Assembly (NCBI RefSeq): GCF_006345805.1
Contig: NW_021835891.1
Coordinates: forward strand, 1-58,052
Source of the DNA: Octopus sinensis
Lineage: Eukaryota
Direction: 5' to 3'
DNA: 58,052 nucleotides
Shown in pieces: positions 38,731 through 52,857 of this stretch (its first letter is position 1; each line of letters opens with the position of its first letter). A program made the translations under genes and the position numbers. Under the pieces are notes generated by a model. It made no database searches and was not told the DNA's origin. It was given only the letters and a program-made list of their open reading frames with translations.

Positions 38731-39639
38731 ATTATTGTTACTTCCCAACTTTGCATAGATTCTACCATTAATTCAACTGTTCTGTTATTATCATAAAGAG
38801 GATTTTAGACATATGTCTTAAATGATTATTGATAAATTCTTCAAGTAAAGGTTCCTTTCACTTTCTGACACACACAAAGTCTACTCTTAAGGTGAAGTCT
38901 ATATCGATCTGTATTGCACACACTTGAACTTTCGGCTTTTCATGCGTTTGTTTACCTGTTTGATTGCGGGTGTTTCTTTTTGTATTGTTGGTCAGACTTG
39001 TCTTTTCGTTGTTGTTGTGGCTGTTGTTTGCTCTTGTTGCTGTTGTTGTTGTTGAAGGAGGTGATGGTGGTGGTAGTGGTGGTGGTGTCACAAGTTGCTT
39101 TGCTTTTGTTTTCCTAATGGAACTGTATAATTTTATGAGTAAAATGGCTTCAAATTGTATACCTGATAAGAAAGACCTACACAATATATTACACTAGCCG
39201 AAAGGGCAACATCACACAACTGCTCTCTCTCTCCGTCTCTCCATCTTTCTCTGTTTCTCTCCCCTTTCACTCTTTCTCTCTCATTCACACACTCTCTCTC
39301 TCACTCACTCCTCTCTCGTTTTGCAACTACACACACAAGCACACACATACACACACATATGACAATTCACTTCTGTCTCATATCAACTTGTTATGTGAAA
39401 CTTTGAGTAGCAACACGTGAAACTTTTTCATCTTCAATAGAACACTATACTCCACTCTAACTTTGATAGTCAAATCTGCTTTGCACATATGTGCTTCCAT
39501 ATGTGTATGCATACATGCATGTGTGTGTGTTTCTGTGTGTGTTTGATTCTGTTTGTGTTTGATTCTGGATCTGACAATGTCATAGTACATGGTCCGGCCA
39601 CTGAAAAGGAAATGCTAAATGCTGGAGGTGAATGTTTCA

Positions 39640-39814
39640 TCGTGTTCAATCCATAATTCAGTCTATAAACTTAAATCTATTCAAATCGATACGAAAACTA
39701 AAAGAAGCAGCACATATGCTAGGACACAGCAACCTCCTAAGCAGACTGAGTGCAGATATGAACAGCATATGGGAACCGGTATTAAGGAAGGATAGGAGAA
39801 TATTAGATTTATAA
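39640..39814 (+). mobile_element. Probable Penelope-like GIY-YIG endonuclease C-terminal fragment
   Basis: RKLKEAAHM...LLSRLSADMNSIWEPVL resembles the R..KEA.hI..LN......iW.p.L end of PLE endonucleases. The upstream part is not recognisable. Confidence 0.5.
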
Positions 39815-39888
39815 GCCCTAAAATTCACTTCATAATTGCCCACGGGCTATTATGGAGTGAATTATTATAAAGAATTTATCCTATTTTA

Positions 39889-39935
<47 letters not shown>

Positions 39936-40435
39936 ATATATATATAGTTAATCCAAACAAGAAAACACAAAAAAACACACCAACGCGAGGACGTGGAACA
40001 AATAAAGTATTATTGGACGCTCAGGAATATATATAATATATATATATATATATATCACGTAATCACGTGACCGTCCAGGCTATTAAGTGTTGTTACAATG
40101 CGTTTTTGCATTGTTTTAGAATTCGAATAACGCCACCACACTAGGCGAGGCGAGGCGAACGGGCCAACATACCTCCTTCAATGAAAGGGGGCATGCAGCA
40201 ACGAGAAATGAAGTGTTTTGTTCAAGAACACAAAGCACCGTCCAATAAGGGAATCGAACCCACGATCTAGCGATCGTAAGTGCAACAGCTTGACCGCAAG
40301 GCCACGCACCTTTAAAAGGTAATATATATATATATATTATATATATATAGATATATATATATTTATATGTAGATCCCGGTTGAGTCGGGGTTAACCACAG
40401 TAAAGAAGGTACTCAATACATTGCAGAGTAAATTA

Positions 40436-40566
40436 ATTTATTTTATAGAAGGAGCTTCTACAGGACTAGTACTGTTTCATTCAAATGAAATCATCAGGAA
40501 GCTTCCTGAGATTTCATTTGAATGAAACAGTACTAGTCCTGTAGAAGCTCCTTCTATAAAATAAAT
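40436..40566. repeat. 131-bp near-perfect palindrome centred on AAGCTT (40499-40504)
   Basis: Arms 40436-40501 and 40502-40566 are exact reverse complements except for one missing base (CTGATGA versus CTGA-GA). Confidence 0.95.
40453..40503 (-). ncRNA. Type I hammerhead ribozyme motif in the left arm of a palindrome
   Basis: Minus strand reads AGCTTC-CTGATGA-TTTCATTTGAAT-GAAA-CAG(TACTAGTC)CTG-TA-GAAGCT: 6-bp stem I, 4-bp stem III, GUA triplet. Stem II has a U.U pair at its base. Confidence 0.7.
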
Positions 40567-41078
40567 ATATATATATATATGTAGTAGAAATATGTTACGA
40601 AAAAAAATATAAAATACACGTGGAAATGTAAGGGTAAATTATGAAAAATCAAAGAAAATGCATATTGCAAATAGAAAAAGGCTATATATGACAGGTAGTG
40701 ACAAATATATACATTTAGATTGACTGAGGTAGTAATACGAGTCATAAAGGTCATTATTATGAGATGGTTATAAGATGATAATAAAGTAAGAGAACAAAAC
40801 GTACCAGTGGTTTACGCGAAGGCTATTCATCGTTTATATATATATATATTTAAACATAAAAAAATAGGGTAATAATGATAAATTTGTTAATTCGTCGTTC
40901 AACTCCATTCTTTCATTTATTTGTATTTAAAAAAACACACAAATTTCCACACGATAGCACGTGATCTCTGCCCTAGGCATGTAGCTTCAACCGTGTTTTT
41001 CTGACGTGAATTTGCTACCCAGGTATCGGTTAACCGAATTATCCATAATAAGATAATTCATTCAACTACTCAATTATA

Positions 41079-41110
<32 letters not shown>

Positions 41111-41868
41111 CATATATATATGAAAATTGTCGTTCAAGAAACAAGGCAGAGTGGAATCGAACCGGGAACCGCGTTGTTGCGGAGCGGATTTCCTAAGCAT
41201 CCATCGATACTGCGGTTAAACGCGAGCACTTCATCACACATGTATCGTATTTCGTTGAAACCTGTTGTGATACAAACACTAATAAGACAAACAAGGCCAG
41301 TTTAGTAGACGTGGATATGTGATTTGAAACTTGATTCTTGAGCGGATTTGTCAGCTGTTTAACAATGCTTGTGTCAGCTCTCTGACACTCTCAGCGTTGT
41401 AATCGATAATCAATTAATAACAATGATTGATATCTATGTCTGCTGTTAACCACACCCGTAGCGTAGCATACGGAAGATTTTCTTTCAAGAATCACCTAAA
41501 ACTTGTGTGTGTATGTACCTAAACAATCATACATATGCATGTACATACACAGGCACACACACACATATATGTATATGTGTAAGTATAAATGTATATAGAT
41601 ATATATGTGGGTGTGCGTGACTATATATATATATATATATACTCTGACGTAGTTACATATGTATGTATACATGTACATATATATATATATACACACATAT
41701 ATAAATATATGCATATTGTTATATATATGCGTGAGTATATGTATGTGTATATATATGCATACATATACATGCATATATATTCATGTATAAATACACATAT
41801 ATGCATATATACATATTTCACAATATATATATATATAATATATATATATATTATATATATTATATAAT

Positions 41869-41938
<70 letters not shown>

Positions 41939-42070
41939 ACATATATATATAAATATATATATGTATATATATATGTGTGTGTGTATATATATATATATAT
42001 ATAACACGTATATATGCATATGTGTGTATTCCTTTGTGAATTGCATGTATAAATACGTATTTAATTATAT

Positions 42071-42186
<116 letters not shown>

Positions 42187-42727
42187 TGCACAATCTGTAA
42201 TCTTTGTCTTCCGCTCAGTGGTGGGAACCTACTGTTGTTTGGTAATCATATCCATGTTTCATGTTTTATCTTCTCTTTTGTTTAAATGTTTTACTTTTGT
42301 CCTTCCATAGTTGAAGTAGGCAGATATACCATTTACACTTATTACAAACATTAGTTATGTAAATACGAACTAAAATGCAAGGGTCTCACATATCAACTAA
42401 TGGAAATAAGGTTTATTGTCATTGACTGAAGAGAGGAGAAGCAAAAGTGCAATTTATTTAGTACTAAATGAAACAGAATAAGTTGTGCCTCCATCCATCC
42501 ATACATACATTACCTCCGCACGCTCTTACTGGGAGGATGGTGCGAACAGAGTCCTCAGTCCCCTCCTTCATAGGGTCCTATTCGAAGCAAACGCTATTAA
42601 ACGTCCCCGGTTGGATTCACAAGCATGGCCAACAGCCACGATGGACATTATCCAACCTGCTGAGATTTCGTCTACTCCTGGGTCACCTGTCAGTTGGCCC
42701 GGCTCCTGAGATATTTTCCTTTTCTTC

Positions 42728-43298
42728 TCTAGGCACAAGGCATGAAATTTGTGGGGAGGAAGCAAGTCGATTAGATCGACTCCAGTACGTAACTGGTACT
42801 TATTTAATCGACCCAGAAAGGATGAAAGGTAAAGTCGAATCGGCGGAATTTGAACTCAGAACGTAGCTGCAGACAAAATACCTATTTCTTTACTACCCAC
42901 CAGGGGCTAAACACAGAGAGGACAAACAAGGACAGACAAACGGATTAAGTCGATTAGATCAACCCCAGTGCGTAACTGGTACTTAATTAATCGACCCCAA
43001 AAGTATGAAAGGCAAAGTCGACCTCGGTGGAATTTGAGCTCAGAACATAACGGCAGACGAAATACCTATTTCTTTACTACCCACAAGGGGCTAAACACAG
43101 AGGGGACGAACAACGACATACAAAGGGATTAAGTCGATTACATCGACCCCAGTGCATAACTGGTACTTAAATTTATCGACCCCGAAAGGATGAAAGGCAA
43201 AGTCGACCTCGGTGGAATTTGAGCTCAGAACATAACAGCAGACGAAATACCGCTAAGCATTTCGCCCGGCGTGCTAACGATTCTGCCAGCTCGCCGCC
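42728..43298 (-). mobile_element. SINE family C, trimeric (about 183-bp units)
   Basis: AAGTCGATTA[G/C]ATC recurs near 42765, 42947 and 43131. Confidence 0.88.
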
Positions 43299-44655
43299 TT
43301 ATATTTATTTCTGTGAGAGAAAAATTTTATTTAACATCGTTCCGTTAATTTTCGCTTGGTTTAACTATTAACTCGTTTCGCTTATTTTCCTTCATCTGTT
43401 TTTTGGTCTATGCTTCATATATTTTTTTTCATATCATTAGAATTATTTTATATATATGTAGTTTTACATATTTTTACATTGTCGACTTCTAATCGGTTGA
43501 AATATATTCACTATGCCTTAGGACAACATTGGTATAGGGATCTTATGCTGGCAATGAAATGTGAGAGATTATAGATTATTACACTCTAGTCACACTTGTA
43601 TACAATTTAAAGTATTAGATATCGGTTTTTATAGGGACCATTGGTTAACACTTTTTCCCCGTTCCAATGGCAATTACTCAGATAACGTTTAGAGGAGATT
43701 TCATTTGTAAGGTCAACCATTCAACGAACTAATTATGTACGTATATTTTTAGCGGTGGTTTTTTATCTGGTGTGGCCAGTTATCAAACTTACTAAACTCC
43801 GAATCAAGATCTTCTGATTATCGATAATAATTCACACACCGAGATAAAGACGCCAACACATGCACAGATAAGGATATACACCATAGAAAGATATAATGGA
43901 TTAAACAGAACAGGGGGAGACACGTGAGATGGAAGATTCGCTGAAGAGGTTACAGGTGTGGATGAAAGATTTTCGTACAATGGACATAAGATAAAATAAG
44001 AACAATAATAAACGAGTGAAGAACAAATATACAGTGCGTGTGTTTATTTGGCAAGTATATATTTTGATATATTTGGCAAGTATATATCCTGATATATAAC
44101 AATTCTTCAGATAATTTTATAGAAAGAAATGATTATTAATACAAGAAAAAAATCAGAGTGTTATGTGAAAAGGTTGACCATATACTGTAGGGATAGGTTA
44201 CCAAAATATTATTTAAAATAAAACCAGATTTTGCATAAACATCTTCAAGCTTAAAACATGAATAGAAAATGTGATACAGTTTGATCTGAAGTCCACTAAT
44301 TCGTTAAATATTATAAATGGATAGCGTCTGACATCTTGAATATTTATCTTGATGTGCATATCCCTATCGAACAACTAATGGTAAGTTATATTTTGATAGA
44401 AAGAATGTTAAGGTTAGTTATAGCTGTTCAATAAGATTAGAAAATATTTAATTGCTAAATCTCTGTGAAGAAGTATAGTTAATTGGAGCTTTTAATTTCC
44501 TAATTGAATGCATATATTCAATTAACAGTTACAGTAAAATTAATCTCTCCATTGATAGAGCCAGTATATTTTCCATTTTGTAGGACTTCGTGCAAACTAC
44601 ATTCTGATGACAAAAGTGAGTCTAAGCACTGCAAATATAATTTCTTTCTATCTAT

Positions 44656-44733
<78 letters not shown>

Positions 44734-44819
44734 CTCTCTCTATATATATATATCTGTCTGTCTGTCTGTCTGTCTATCTGTCTTTCTATTTGTCCGTCTG
44801 TCTGTTTCCCCTCTCTCTT

Positions 44820-44904
<85 letters not shown>

Positions 44905-44926
44905 CAGTATAGATTCTCAATATAAA

Positions 44927-44960
44927 CTGTCTGACGAACGGGAACGTGAAACTCTGACAG
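44927..44960 (+). ncRNA. Degenerate hammerhead, same family as 33063-33099
   Basis: CTGT-CTGACGA-ACG(GGAA)CGT-GAAA-CTCTGA-CAG. The core is intact but GTAA, including the cleavage triplet, is missing relative to the 33063 copy. Confidence 0.6.
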
Positions 44961-45012
44961 CAGTTTATTGTGATATTTTTGTGATGGTTTTGCAGCTTTA
45001 ATACCTATAATG

Positions 45013-45071
<59 letters not shown>

Positions 45072-45351
45072 ATATATATATATGTATAAATAGTTGGGTG
45101 AGACATAGTTATTTAATTTTTACGCTTTCCTATGACTTAATTTCGAAACGTATGTCCGTAGGTGACTTAATATAGAATGATTGTCGTCATTTCTTTCTCT
45201 TTTGCCTGCGTTGTTTGCCTTTTAAGTGCTGTGGTTTTACTGGGATCTCCCTTTTAAGTAGAAAGAATAGCCATAACACTTTGACTGCTATTTCTAAATT
45301 CGGTGTGTGGTGAGGCAAATCGTTGCTAAACCCTTAATTACTTAGTATTAC

Positions 45352-45383
<32 letters not shown>

Positions 45384-45916
45384 ATGTATGTATATATACA
45401 CGTATACGCATACTCATTTATATATGAACATTTACGCATACATATAGACAGTATATATATTTATTCATATCCATAATACACACATACACACATACAAATA
45501 CAGACACATATATACACAGGCATAGATACATACCTACCTATGTATAATTGCAAATCTCATGTTTTCGATGGTTCAATGTCTCTCTAAAAGAAAGAAATCT
45601 TACGGAGAACCTATCAATTGTCATTAAGCATTAACTAATTAGAAGGCTCCATATTTCTTTCCTTCATTAATATTTCCTTTAGGTTCAACTACAAAAGTCT
45701 GAACCTGATTTGTGTCAATGTTTCGAAGTTCTTTGGTGCAAAGTATTCTAGAAATATATTAATTTTTTTTATATTTGCTAAGAATCTGGAAAAAAAAGGT
45801 ATTCCGAAAACAGATAATAAATTTCAGAAGTTAACAAAGAGATAAAAATAATTTATAAATCAATTATATTGTTCATAAATAATTTCAGATCAGATAAAGA
45901 GCAAGGCGAATGTACA

Positions 45917-45953
<37 letters not shown>

Positions 45954-46099
45954 GTGCTTACATGCGTGCGTACGTTTGTGCGTGTGAGTGTGTGTGTGTG
46001 TGTGTCCTTATGCATATTCAGTCGGAAAGAAAGTCCTATCGCATTTCGTGATGCGAAAGATATATTTGCTTCTTGGCTCTTAACTGGTATATTTAATAA

Positions 46100-46760
46100 A
46101 GATAATATTTCCTTCTCATTATTGATAACATGATCTCATCTGTTTAGCAAATTATCGAACCCTTGGGCTTAAAATTCCTCAGGTTTCGAAGCAAAGATAC
46201 TGGTAATAAGATTTTTTAACATTTTCTAAATTATTAGAAGATTGTTTCTCCTCTAAATAACTTTAAAACTATCTGAAAAGATAATGGCCAGATGGAGTAA
46301 GATCAGGGGAGAGTTACAATAAGGAGGCAAAACTTCCATATTAAGTATCATGATCTTTTCCTCAGAGATTGGGGTAATATGTGTCTTGAATTATCGTGTA
46401 AGAATCCCCCTTTTATGAATGACAAATGACAGGCGCTGTTCGTGCAGATTTTTGCGCAATAAACTACAACACGAAAGTACTTCTCCACATTAAATGTTTT
46501 ATTTTGGTTTAACACTTCATGATACACAACATCCTTCATATCTCGCTAAACGTAGACTATAGCTGTTTTCGAGTGTAGTCCTTGCTCGGGTATGCATTCT
46601 ACGTTTTCATTGATGCTGACTATTGGTGTTTTCGTTCAACATTTTTATAGAGAAACCACTTTTCATCACTTCTGATTATTTTATCTAGGAAAGGTTCGGT
46701 AGCAATTCTGTCCTTCAATAACGAGTCGAAGATAAAGCTTTGATTAAGCTAAAAAAAAAA
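46100..46760 (-). mobile_element. Decayed mariner (Tc1/mariner, DD34D-type) transposase relic
   Basis: Minus-strand frames give PFLDKIIRSDEKWFLYKNVERKHQ (DEKW at 46656-46667), VVYHEVL..GFLHDNSRH, EVLPPYCNSPPDLTPSGHYLFR and SKPEEF. Multiple stops and frameshifts. Confidence 0.88.
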
Positions 46761-47117
46761 CAGGCAAATGATGAAGAACCAACAGAACAAGTTCAAATTT
46801 TTCTAAAGGCATGGTCTTTCTATCTCTGTCGAGAAGGACAACAATTCTATAAACCTCATAGACTTTAACTTTAATTTAACAACAGGATTCATGAACCTTT
46901 CAGAAAACCTAATTCTAATTTAAGGTCTATTAACTTCCAAAGTAACCATCCATGATCAATTAAAACCACATTAGCCTCCAACTAACCTTTTTATCCTTTA
47001 ACGAAGATGTATTTAATAGACTTACGAACCACTGCAACACAGCTCGAGGAAACGCTGAATATAGGGATAAAACAAAATACTATCAACTTAATAATAATGA
47101 TAATGATAATAATAATA

Positions 47118-47325
47118 ATCCTTACTGTTATAGGCACAAGGGCCGAAATGTGTAGGTAGGAGGTACGTCGATCACATCGACCCCAGTTCTTGACTGGTAA
47201 TTAAGTTATCGACCCCGAAAAGATGGAAGGCAAAGTCGACTTCGGCGGAATTTGAACTCAGAACGTAAAAGTAGAGAAAGATCGCTAAGAATTTCACCCC
47301 GCGTGCTAACGACTCTACTAAGCCG
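47118..47325 (-). mobile_element. SINE family C
   Basis: Same core as the other family C copies. Confidence 0.8.
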
Positions 47326-47745
47326 TAATATATAATATAAAATCATAAATAGTCACCGAATCATTGAAACGGCTGTAAAGCATTTTTAAAGACTGTTTTC
47401 TTCATTATATTTAAGTTTATGTAACATCTTTATGATAAAAGTTTTGATGCTGTACGTAATTGCTTGTACAAAGTCTGCACAAATTGGCTCAAAAGACTTA
47501 AGAGAAGCATGCGTTTGCGAAGTGGACATTTTTAGCACTACGTTTATCTATGTTCGCGTGTAGCTTACAAGTAACAGTCTGAAAAATTAAACACACGCAC
47601 ACAAACAAGAACACACACTCACAGACGCACATACACACACACGCATATATATATGCATACAAATGTACATATACATTTAATTACATATACATTCACATAT
47701 ATATATATATATATGTATAATATACATATATATATAAGCAAAGGA

Positions 47746-47778
<33 letters not shown>

Positions 47779-47834
47779 TATTAATATTATTATATACATA
47801 TATATATACATATTATATATATATATATATATAC

Positions 47835-47884
<50 letters not shown>

Positions 47885-47938
47885 ATATACATATATAAGT
47901 ATAGGGAGATATATATAAGCAAAGAGAAAGCTAGTCAC

Positions 47939-47979
<41 letters not shown>

Positions 47980-48008
47980 TATAGATAGATAGATAGATAG
48001 ATAGATAC

Positions 48009-48072
<64 letters not shown>

Positions 48073-48620
48073 GAGTAGGTAGAGAGGGAGAGAGAGAAAG
48101 AGACAGAAAGACAGAGTGGGGTTTGCTAGAGAAGGAAATGTACATATATATATTGGAATTAATCCTATATATTTGCAGAAGGTAATATGAGAAATATTCT
48201 CGTCATGAAAATATCCTTTACTGAAATCGTGCAAGACTCTTGGCACGGTGCCTAGGTTTTTGAAGTGTTTGGTCGAAGAATTCCGCCGCCCCCCCTTTTC
48301 TTCACCTCCTTTCCTCTACCATCAGCAAAATATTTCGGTACAAACATACTTCCCAGTTTCACTACTTCTCAAAACCTACGTTGTTCTAACTAGAAGCACT
48401 AAAGTTAAGAATTATTAGTAACGAGAACAACGACATCATCATCATCAACAACAACAACAACAACAACAGTAGCAGCAGCAGCAGCAGCAGCAGAAGCAAT
48501 GACAATAGCAAAGACAACAATAACCTCAGGAACAATAACGAGACAGCAACAACGACATCAACGACGACAACGACAACGTCAACAATAACGCGCACTACCA
48601 CCACCAACACCACCACCACC

Positions 48621-48673
<53 letters not shown>

Positions 48674-48745
48674 ATGTCAACCCCCACACTTTTCTCTGTG
48701 TATTGTTCCCCTCATCCTCCGTCCTTGTGGCAAATAAATGAAAAC

Positions 48746-48777
<32 letters not shown>

Positions 48778-48967
48778 TAATAATAATAATTATTATTATT
48801 ATTATTATTATTACCATCATCATTACCACATCGCCATATCCATATCTGTCCCCGCATTCATCCTCGTCCTCATCAATTGATCGTCGGGAGTGGAATTTGC
48901 TTACACTTACGCGTGCGCGCACACACACACACACACATTTATATATACACAGATATGTATATGTGTC

Positions 48968-49034
<67 letters not shown>

Positions 49035-49190
49035 CATATACATGTATATGTACGTATGCATATATATGTATATATATTCATGTTAGCTATATGTAGGTGT
49101 GTGTATATCTGTATGCATGTATGCATGATGTATGCATGTATGCATGTATATATGTATGTATGTGTGTATATATGTATATATGTATGCATG

Positions 49191-49221
<31 letters not shown>

Positions 49222-49345
49222 TTATATATGTATGTATCTATATATGTATTATATATGTATGTGTATGTATATGTATGTATGTATGTATATATGTAGTATT
49301 ATGTATGTATGTATGTATGTATGTATATATATATATATATATATC

Positions 49346-49404
<59 letters not shown>

Positions 49405-50344
49405 ATGTTCATGTAGCTATATGTAGTATGTATGTAGTCTTGAAAGTGCCTCTGAAGCTTTCAAGTTCTAAAGAACGTCGCCGCTGCTAAATCACTAAGT
49501 GTGAAGAATCAACAGAATTCCAAAATCAAACTCGTATCTTTGGAATCTTTGAAGAACATCGCTGGAAGCAAACATCATTACAGATTCTGTGATTTTTATC
49601 CTGACAATTTCCATTTTCTTTTATTTTCATTTATCTTTCTTTGAAGCAAGATAGATTCCATTGTTAATGTTGTTTCCTTGTTGTTTACAATATTTTTTGT
49701 TGATTTTTAAATTTTTTTTTATTTTTCTCGGCCCTTTCATGGTTGCGAAAATATAACCTATTTTTATTATTCTTCGGTAGTTTTGATATTTTTAGCTTAT
49801 TTTATGATTTAGGTTTTATTTATTTGTTATTTTCTGTATTTGATTCAGGCATTAATTGCGGCCATGCTGGTGTACTGCCTAGAAGGCAGTACACCATTTG
49901 CATATATATATACACGTCTGTATGTATATACACACGCACACACAAACACATACAAACACACGCATACACACACATATATTGTACTTGTAAATTCGAACTA
50001 GCTTTCTCCTCTCTGGTTTTTAGAAGCCTAATTTCCCAAGATTGGTATTTAGGCAGTGTGTTACATATCCCCGGGGCCCAATAATTACAGGTATAAACTT
50101 GAACTTTTAATCTAGATAGAGTAACAGCAGATTTCTCAATAGTTCAGCATAGGTGTTCTCTTTTTCACTGATCTTCAGGTTTATGTTAACATCCGCTGGG
50201 CAGCTAATTTCCACAACTGTGGACTGTTACTCTACTCTATACCAAATTATTATATCAGCTATGTATGTATACTTATTTAAACACACGAGTCTCTTCAACA
50301 CAGTTTTTGTGTTCCTCTACCAAATCCACTCACAAAGCTTCAGT

Positions 50345-50642
50345 TGTTCCTTCTGGAGCCATGCCTAGCTCATAAGGACAGGTTTCCCGGTTTCCTTGAC
50401 GTATAAGTTCCCCACTTGGACGGGACGCCGATCCGTCGCAGGTGAGCTGCAAGATGCAGGAGGAAAGAGTGAGAGAGAGTTGTGGCGAAAGAGTCAGCAT
50501 GAAGTTCACCATTACCTTCTGTCGGAGCCGCGTGGAGCTTAGGTGTTTCGCTCATAAACACGCACATTGCACGGTCTGAGATTCGAATCCGCGATCCTTC
50601 GACCGCGAGTCCGCTGCTCTAACCACTAGACTATATGCCTCC
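50345..50642 (-). mobile_element. SINE family A, full length
   Basis: Collinear with 26890-27197. Confidence 0.88.
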
Positions 50643-51221
50643 CCTCTGCCTATAGTAGGAACAACATTTTTAAGCTGTCATTCGGTGGAACTGAACCCGA
50701 AACCAAATGGTTGCGAAGCGAACTTCTTAACCTCATACTCATGCCTTCGCCGAATTGTCTGAAAGAAAACAAACTAATGATTTCTTTAACTGGTCACGAG
50801 GGTCTAAGACACTAAGAGCAGTATCAAAGGGCGAAATGCAGAGAGCAACGAGGACGGATAGACCAAGCTCGTGTGCCAAAATGATTAATTTCGCAAAGAT
50901 CCTTGAAACTGCGAGAGTTATTGTCATATGGTCCCTGTAAACGTTTCCTTCTTTATTCCAGGAACAACTTTAATACGTTCCTGTCAAATAAGGGAACGAG
51001 AGACAACTGAGGACGACCCTATCAGGGACTCAGTTGACCGATTTTTCTACTGTTGCTGTTGCTTCTGCTACTGCTACTACTACTACTTACTACTACTACT
51101 ACTATAAACAATAATAGGGTGATATGTTGTAAATAAGGTATACACACACAGACAGACACACACACACATATATGTATTTATACAGCTGTACGTGTTCACA
51201 TATATGTATTCATAGATAGAT

Positions 51222-51255
<34 letters not shown>

Positions 51256-51333
51256 GATTGCTATGTATATGTGTGTACATATGCGCATGCATATTCGCAC
51301 ACATGAGTATACATATAATCATGTTCACGCACA

Positions 51334-51371
<38 letters not shown>

Positions 51372-51382
51372 CAACATAGAGA

Positions 51383-51434
<52 letters not shown>

Positions 51435-51847
51435 CACACACATTTATACACACACATATATGCCTGAATATACTTACGTTCGTATACGCCAGGCACGCAC
51501 TCTCCTTTCTCCACAGATATATGCAAGATTGTCTGAGTGTGTCTGTATATATAAACAATATTGGACACATAACTGTGTCCAATAACCGAACAAACGGTCA
51601 ATAATTTTTGATGGAGGTCATTTCTTTTGGTGACCACGTATCTGTAATTTGGCAGTAAAATTGCTGATATATTCCTGAAAGAGTCTTGGGAAATTTGGTA
51701 ATGTAACAGACTAAAGTTATGTTGGAGAATTTAACGGTAAAAATGACAGTGATTTAGAGAAGGCATTTTTATTTTAGCGTAAAAGGTTTAGGTTGAATAA
51801 ATACAAATGATGAGAGTATTGTTTTGCAGATTTGGCTAGAGACCACG

Positions 51848-51879
<32 letters not shown>

Positions 51880-52323
51880 TGTATGTATGTATGTATGTAT
51901 GTATGTATGTATGTATGTATATATGTATGTATGTATTTATGTATGTATGTATGTATGTATGAATGATTCTATGTATGTATTCATGTCACTATTTAGTTTC
52001 ACGATTTCTTGCCAATAGAGAAAGAACCGGTTTCTAACCTAGATCCGAGGCTCCGTCATTGAAATTTGAACGACCTCAACGGCGTATTTGTGCATGTGTG
52101 TTTATATGAGCAGTATTTGAAGTCAGTACATTTGTATGTTTTGTTTTATGTATGTATTCCCATGCATATAGTTGCATGTCCTGACATTTACGTATATATT
52201 TAAATGATAAATTTAAATATATACGTGAAGTTTTACCGTTTTTACAGTTCCATTGAAGAATTGGATGAGAAGTCTTCGAGTCAGCTTTCTCCGTTCTGGT
52301 TTTGAGAAGCCTAATTTCTCAAG

Positions 52324-52857
52324 GGAGGCACATGGCCTACTGGTTAGAGCAGTGGACTCGCGGTCGAAGGATCGCGGGTTCCAATCTCATACCGGGCGAT
52401 GTGTGTGTTTATGAGCGAAACACCTAAGCTCCACGCGGCTCCGGCAGAAGGTAATGGCGAACCTCTGCTGACTCTTTCGCCACAACTTGTGGAGGCCCGT
52501 GGCTTTGTGGTTAGGGTGTTGAACTCATGATCGTAAGGTTGTAGTTTCGATTCCTGGACCGGGCGATGCGTTATGCTCTTGAGCAAAACACTTCATTTTC
52601 ACGTTGCTCCAGTCCACTCAGCTGGCAAAAATGAGTAATCCTGCGACGGACCGGCGTCCCGTCTAAGTGAGGAATTTCTACGCCACTGAAACCGGGAAAC
52701 CGGCCCTTATGAGCCTGGCATGGCTCGAGAAGGAACATTTTCTTGCGACGGACCGGCGTCCTGTCCAGGTGGGGAATTTCTACGCCACTGAAACCAGGAA
52801 ACCGACCCTTATGAGCCTGGCATGGCTCGAGAAGGAACATTTATTTTTTTATTTATT
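52324..52857 (+). mobile_element. Composite two-headed SINE with 12-bp target-site duplication
   Basis: Family A head at 52324, second tRNA-like head near 52493, tail duplicated with a 102-bp period, T/A-rich end. TAATTTCTCAAG is present at 52312-52323 and 52858-52869. Confidence 0.85.
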
